NCBI GenBank assembly: GCA_951406725.2
Contig: OX597822.1
Span: 96,286,001 to 96,350,000, forward strand
Length of the DNA: 64,000 nt
Origin: Octopus vulgaris
Lineage: Eukaryota
Direction: 5' to 3'
Shown: one piece after another, positions 57,912-64,000 of the stretch
Layout of the letters: each line of letters starts with the position of its first letter
How positions within the stretch are numbered: position 1 is the stretch's first letter
Position numbers and translations under genes: made by a program
The notes under the pieces: generated by a model
The model's input: the letters and a program-made list of their open reading frames with translations, nothing else
The model's database searches: none
What the model was told of the DNA's origin: nothing

Positions 57912-58200
57912 TGAGGACGCATGGCCTAGTGGTTAGGGTGCTACACTCACGATCGCGAGATCGAAGTTTCAATTCCCAGACTGAGTGGTGCGTTGTACAA
58001 AATACTTCTTCTCACCTTGCTCTGCGTTCACTTCGACACCTAACGCGTGGTACACCGTACACTCGTTTGGGTAAAGTCGATTTGATAGCGGGAGTGAGCT
58101 AATGCACAGCAATACATTTGATCATTATAAATAAATCATTTGTGCAGGTAGTTTGGCAAAAACTGAACGCCCGTATGTCGTCTTCGACGAATGAGTCTAT
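57910..58200 (+). mobile_element. Diverged tRNA-derived SINE
   Basis: tggcctagtggttaggg A box; gtttcaattccc B box. Confidence 0.7.
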
Positions 58201-59056
58201 TACCATCGTCGTCATATATATGTGTATGTATGCATGCATGTATGGAATGAAGAAATGTATTCATACGCAGGAAATGTAGGAGAATTTGTATTGGGGTTTC
58301 AAAATGCACCTCCATCTCAAAACATCTAGTCGTTTTAAAATTCTATTATTGATTTTATAAAAATACCAAACCGGTTTCAACAATTTTTGTTTATCAATGG
58401 TAAAATTAAAAGCTAAATTAGAAAAGGTTTTAAGAGAGTTTAAAGTTACAAGGGAAAATTCGGGAAAAACATTATTAAATGTATGTATGTATTTTTAATT
58501 ATATTTTGCAGGAAAAGCCATCGAATTTTTTGAATTTTTATGATTTGAAATCTGATAGCAAAAACAAAAGAAAATAATTAATTAGAGTTAGTGAATTTTT
58601 TATGTTTGCTTTCTTCTTTTTAATAAATGCATTTATTTAATGAATATAGGAAAAGTACTTTTATTTCTTGCATATAAATTTATTTTTTTTAAAGTTGATT
58701 CATTTCATTTGTCAGAATGTCTAATTACAATTTTATCTTTAATGAACAGAAATTGTTTTATTTTGTTTGTTTTGTTTTTTAGTTATTTGAAAGAAAGAAT
58801 TTAATAAAAGAACGTATTAATAAAAGAAAACATTTATTTCGAAAACCAATGCGGCTTCAGTGAAATTGTTGATGATATTGCTAGTAATATCATTAGTAAA
58901 GGTGACTCGAAAAATGTGGAGTCAGTCACCTTTTTGTATATACAAAACAAGGCTTCGTTCCTGTTATCAATTTTTATTTTTTAATTATCAGCTATTTTTC
59001 AAATGAGAATAGAACATTACAAGCCCACACATGTGCACCCCTCCCTAGACTTTGTT

Positions 59057-59127
59057 TTCTCGCATAGCTCAGTCGGTAGAGCATCAAACTTTTATAGGTC
59101 AACCTTAGAGGTAATCTGAGGGTCGCA
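59057..59127 (+). pseudogene. Intron-containing tRNA-Lys(TTT) pseudogene, 3' truncated and fused to a SINE
   Basis: tagctcagtcggtagagcatca..ctttta[taggtcaaccttagaggta]atctgagggtc; 19-nt insert at position 37/38. Confidence 0.7.
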
Positions 59128-59402
59128 CTGGGGTCGATATAATCGACTTAATCCGTTTGTCTGTCTTTGTTTGTCCTCTCTGTGTTTAGCTCCTTGTGGG
59201 TAGTAAAGAAATAGAAATAGGTATTTTGTCTGTCTTTACGTTCTGAGTTCAAATTCCACCGAGGTCGACTTTGCCTTTCGTCCTTTCGGGATCGGTAAAT
59301 TAAGTACCTGTTACGCACTGGGGTCGTTCTCAACTTAATCCGTTTGTCTGTTCTTTTTTGTCCCCTCTATGTTTAGCCCCTTGTGGGCAATAAAGAAATA
59401 AG
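59124..59402 (+). mobile_element. SINE family 3 headless multimer
   Basis: gaaatag|gtattt junction. Confidence 0.85.
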
Positions 59403-59832
59403 AAATGAGAATATAGATATTTCAGGGTACTGGCACACAGAAGTAATGTGCAAGGCGTACATCCACAAGTGTAATTATTCACACATGCCGACGTTTGTTT
59501 TCTTGTAATTTTAAGAAATAAGACTAGTTTTTAATGAAATTTTCTACATATGTATTTCAGATGAGGTAGATTCCAGTTATATCGGAATTTGTTATGAAAA
59601 ATTATTTCTTTAGAGGGGAGGGGGGATTGGGAAAATTTACTTGAGTCGGGTTTGTTTCCTCATAACTTGCAGAAAATTGGATATTTTCTAATGAAATTTT
59701 CTACAAATACCTTTCGGGTAGTGTACATTAGGATTATTTCTGAATTTAATGTGGAAGGACAAAAAAAAAAAAAAAATGGTTGAAACGTACCCACCTACAT
59801 GCTGACACACATCACATATTGTACACACACAC

Positions 59833-60075
59833 ACGGTGGATGCTGAAGAGTTCCTGTAATAAAGAAATAATGAAGAGTTCCTAACTTTAAGGGTATTGCG
59901 AAAAGCCTGATTGGAGGCCCAGCCTTCCGAGATATTTTACAGGGTTTAGGAAAAACTGAAGAACCGCTGCAATAAGTGTGTGAATCTGAAACAGGAATAC
60001 GTTTGAGTAAAATCATAACTGATCCTCCTGTATTTTCTTTTACCCAAAGCCAGGAACTTTTCAAGGAACCCGTCG
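59833..60075. mobile_element. Old mariner-type MITE inside a larger decayed inverted-repeat element (about 59500-60410)
   Basis: gatgctgaagagttcctg / caggaacttttcaaggaacc imperfect TIRs. Confidence 0.55.
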
Positions 60076-60474
60076 TATATATAAATACATACATACAAAA
60101 TGAGATTTGAAATTTAAAAAAGAAATTGTGATGTATGTCAGTGTATACGCGTACATACTATTTTTTCGCATTAAATTCCGATATAATCGTACCGAAACCA
60201 TCTGAAAGATATTTGTATAAGACTTCATTAAAAATTACGGATTTTTTTTCTGGAACTTATGAGAAAATAAAGCCGATTTGTGTGATTTAAAAAAAAATCT
60301 CTTGTTTCCATTCTCAGAAAAACTGTTCGCAATAAATTTCAATATAAATAGAATTTACACAATTCGAAGCGCTTACGTAGAAAATTTGACTGAAAACTAG
60401 CAATTTGTTTTTCTTTTCCAGTTTCACCTAAAGAGCTGCGGCCATGCTGGGGCATTACCGTTAAAAGAATATAA

Positions 60475-60552
60475 ATCAGCAGAGGGACTCGAACCTGCGA
60501 CCCTCAGATTACCTATAAAAGTTTGATGCTCTACCGACTGAGCTATGCGAGA
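60475..60552 (-). pseudogene. tRNA-Lys(TTT) pseudogene with a 6-nt intron remnant
   Basis: A and B boxes intact; acceptor, anticodon and T stems mismatched. Confidence 0.7.
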
Positions 60553-60832
60553 AAACAAAGTCTAGGGAGGGGTGCACATGTGTGGGCTTGTAATGTTCTA
60601 TTCTTGTTCTCTACACTCCGAAGTGTAGTCAGAGGGGGGGGGTCAAAAAGCTTAGAAGATCTTTGTGGTCATCCTGGTTTTCAGAAACATAACGACAATC
60701 ACTGATTCTTGTTTTATGCCAGAGCAATCACATATAATATCAATAAACATGGAATCTTCAACATTTTTTGTGATCTCATATAGGATGTTATGAGTATACG
60801 CCTCTAGGATTTCATTTTGTATGGTATCAGAT

Positions 60833-61360
60833 GTGGAGGCGCAATGGCCCAGTAGTTAGGGCAGTGGACTCGCGGCTTCGATTCCCAGACCGGGCGTTGT
60901 GAGTGTTTATTGAGCGAAAACACCTAAAGCTCCACGAGGCTCCGGCAGGTGGGGTGTGGTGGCGATCCCTGCTGTACTCTTTCGTCGCAACTTTCTCTCA
61001 CTCTCTCTTCCTGTTTCTTGAGTAACGCTGTGATGGACTGGCGTCCCGTCCAGCTGGGGGTGGGGGACACATGCGCCACAGAAACCGGGCCCATGAGCCT
61101 TATTTCTTTACTACCCACAAGGGGCTAAACGTAGAGGGGACAAACAAGGACAGACAAACAGATTAAGTCGATTACATCGACCCCCAGTGCGTTACTGGTA
61201 CTTAATTTATCGACCCCGAAAGGATGAAAGGCAAAGTCAACCTCGGCGGAATTTGAACCCAGAACGTAACAGCAGACGAAATACGGCTACGCATTTCGCC
61301 CGGCGTGCTAACGATTCTGCCAGCTCGCCGCCCTATGAGCCTGGCTGGGCTTGAAAAGGG
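60833..61360 (+). mobile_element. SINE family 1 variant with a nested family 3 SINE (61100-61332, -)
   Basis: TSD atgagcct around the nested copy. Confidence 0.85.
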
Positions 61361-61693
61361 CGCGAGAGAGATGGTATCAGATATGAAATTAACTCGTCGT
61401 TTAAGCTGCTGACTTATTTCGGCACCACATTTTCTGGCAAGTTTTATTAAATATACAAAGTTCCCTGTGGCGTGTGTTAACTTTCTCTTCGAAGATGGAA
61501 CAAGTAACTTCTTTTATCTTTTACTAAAAATATTCCTTGATCCTTCAACAATGGAACTGCGAAATGCTATTATCTTTTACTATGGATTTCCTTAATTCTC
61601 TAATCGTAAAAGTGCTAACCACTATTATCTTTCACTAAGTATGTTCTTTAATTCTTCGATGAACTGGTAACTACTAATATCCTTTATTGAAGA

Positions 61694-62080
61694 CTAGCAG
61701 TATCGCCCGGCGTTGCTCGGGTTTGTAAGGGAAATAACTATATAAGCATTTTTAGAGAGTTATAGCAAAAAAATGCATTAAAAACGGAAAAAAATTATGG
61801 TAAATTTTATTTTAAATCGTTGACTCATCGTAGACATTTTTAGAGAGTTACTTCCCTTATTTAATAGCGAAAAAAATGCATTAAAATGGAAAAAAATGAT
61901 GGTAAATTTTTTTTTTAATCGTAGACTCATCGTAGACGCGCGCTAATACCCAGAAGGGCTCGATATGAATCACGACTATAAGATACCCGGTTTTGGTTAA
62001 ACTGCACCGCAAAATGTGGGAGTAGTTAGGAATCTAAATCGTAGGAGACAGACACACAACTTCACTTTTATATATAAAGA
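61694..62080 (-). mobile_element. Helitron family A flanked by a 163-bp direct duplication
   Basis: 61531-61693 and 62081-62243 differ at one base. Confidence 0.88.
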
Positions 62081-62624
62081 TATTCCTTGATCCTTCAACA
62101 ATGGAACTGCAAAATGCTATTATCTTTTACTATGGATTTCCTTAATTCTCTAATCGTAAAAGTGCTAACCACTATTATCTTTCACTAAGTATGTTCTTTA
62201 ATTCTTCGATGAACTGGTAACTACTAATATCCTTTATTGAAGATATTCCTTAATTCATTCTCTCTAAAGACGGTGCAGTTGGCTTAGATGGAAAGCTTTG
62301 TTCAATGACATACGATCCACACGCTCAGTTAGTCTAGAAACAACTGTGGAAACTTTACTCATTATTTCTTAATCCCTTATTTACTCTAACAACTCTGCAA
62401 TTATGCTTCAATTATAAATTAAGCGCTCTAAAGAGACACCACATGTTTTACTTGATAATTTGAGTGGCCTGTCATCAGGAGGACAGTAGGTAATTAATGC
62501 CAATGATCAAATTGAGGTCAATCAACATGCATTAATAGTATATCGCACACTGTGTTGGAGTGGGAGAGGATGAAGATCGCTGTTTCTCCTTATTTCGGTA
62601 TTCTGTAGTCAGTTCTGAGTGGAT

Positions 62625-62974
62625 GGAAGCACTCCGTCGGTTACGATGACGAGGGTTCCGGTTGATCCGAATCAACGGAACAGCCGGCTCGTGAAATTAA
62701 CGTGTAAGTGGCTGAGCACTCCACCTTAACGATATTCAGCGTGACGCAGAGAGTGTACCTTTGAAATACAGGTACAACAGAAACAGGAAGTAAGAGTGAG
62801 AGAAAGTTGTGGTGAAAGAGTACAGCAGGGATCACCACCATCCCTGCCGGAGCCTCGTGGAGCTTTTTTAGGTGTTTTCGCTCAATAAACACTCACAACG
62901 CCCGGTCTGGGAATCGAAACCGCGATCCTACGACCACGAGTCCGCTGCCCTAACCACTGGGCCATTGCGCCTCC
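62625..62974 (-). mobile_element. SINE family 1 with small deletions
   Basis: Consensus match. Confidence 0.9.
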
Positions 62975-63300
62975 AGTCAGTTATGAGTAGTATATAACCT
63001 GACATACGTACTTCCGCATCCAATATGTCTGGGATCAGGTGCGTTTCACTTAGTGCTACACATATTGTCTTTGCTCGCTGTACAAGGTCTCTCTCGTTGC
63101 GATATGATATTTTTGTTCGATTTGTGAAGTGTGAAAGACCTTCTCCATTCGGTATTATTATTGAGCTGAATTTATGGGTTAATGACAGGAATGGTGTGGT
63201 TATGCACAAGAGTAATAGCAGTGGTTGGTGCTGTGTGAGAGCCAGAAGTTTTTTTTTTTTTTTATTTTGCTAGATTCATTATCGCTGAAAAAAGAATTTT

Positions 63301-63704
63301 GGATCTTTTCGGTTTGACCGGCAGTTTTTAAAAATAATTTCTACGTAACTAAACACTTTTAAACTTCGTATACTGGTAGAATGTGTCTATAAAACATCTT
63401 TTTCTCTTGGCTTTATTGAGAAAATTCTATAGTTTATAAGATATTTGTTGTTTTTTTTCTTCAATTTCTACCAATCAATGACGTCTATTGGAGGTGAAAA
63501 CATTCTGTGCCGTATGAATAATATGTCCCTCGTTTAAGAAACAGATTGGATTTATTTACAATTCTGAAAAAAAAAGATACCCTTCCCCCACCTCTAACCC
63601 TAAAACAGATTGAATGCAATAGATTGATACTAGTGTCATAATTATGGGTGACAATTTCACATGACACCGCTAGAAAAAAACTGCCGGTCAAACTGAAAAA
63701 ATCC
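63301..63704. mobile_element. GGATC-family MITE
   Basis: Matches the 24002 copy. Confidence 0.85.
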
Positions 63705-64000
63705 AATTTTTCTAGTATTGAAGAGTGACTTTCAATGCTGATCTTGTTGTTGTTATTGTTTAGTTGTGGTAAGGTCAGTAGCAATAGAACATGATGGGTC
63801 ACTTGTGGTATTCCGGGGAAATGAGGAAGTGGATAGCAGAATGGATACCTCTTGATTATGGAGTTCATCAATTGTGCTATTATTAATATTAATTTTAAGG
63901 TTGAAGATGCTTTAGTTCAGTAATGTATTTTTCTAGGAATTTGGCGGCTCTTTTTTTTAAAATTTATTTTAGTTCTTTGTTCTTATTTTGTGAAGAAACC

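Noticed and set aside
60475-60552. Functional tRNA-Lys gene
   Set aside because: The acceptor, anticodon and T stems are mismatched and the intron remnant is too short.

Overview
Repeat-saturated, AT-rich animal genomic DNA; the SINE and microsatellite landscape strongly suggests an Octopus genome (inference). No recognisable intact host gene is present. Most long ORFs in the track are microsatellite or SINE artefacts. The window holds about 45 tRNA-derived SINE copies from three or four families, about 10 non-autonomous Helitrons, 8-bp-TSD MITEs with internal telomere-like repeats, Tc1/mariner and piggyBac relics, a nested RTE LINE fragment, a solo LTR, Crypton-like palindromic elements, two inverted intron-type tRNA-Lys pseudogenes and a symmetric NRF1/ETS promoter-like palindrome at about 8.25 kb. 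The main finding is a set of at least six unrelated Penelope/retrozyme-like repeats carrying minimal type I hammerhead ribozyme folds with non-canonical cores: CCGAUGA, UUGAAAA (U3:A8), GUGAACA (G3:C8) and CUGUCGA. One of them is amplified into a 104-bp satellite of about 19 tandem motifs. All folds were read by eye and none is shown to be active.
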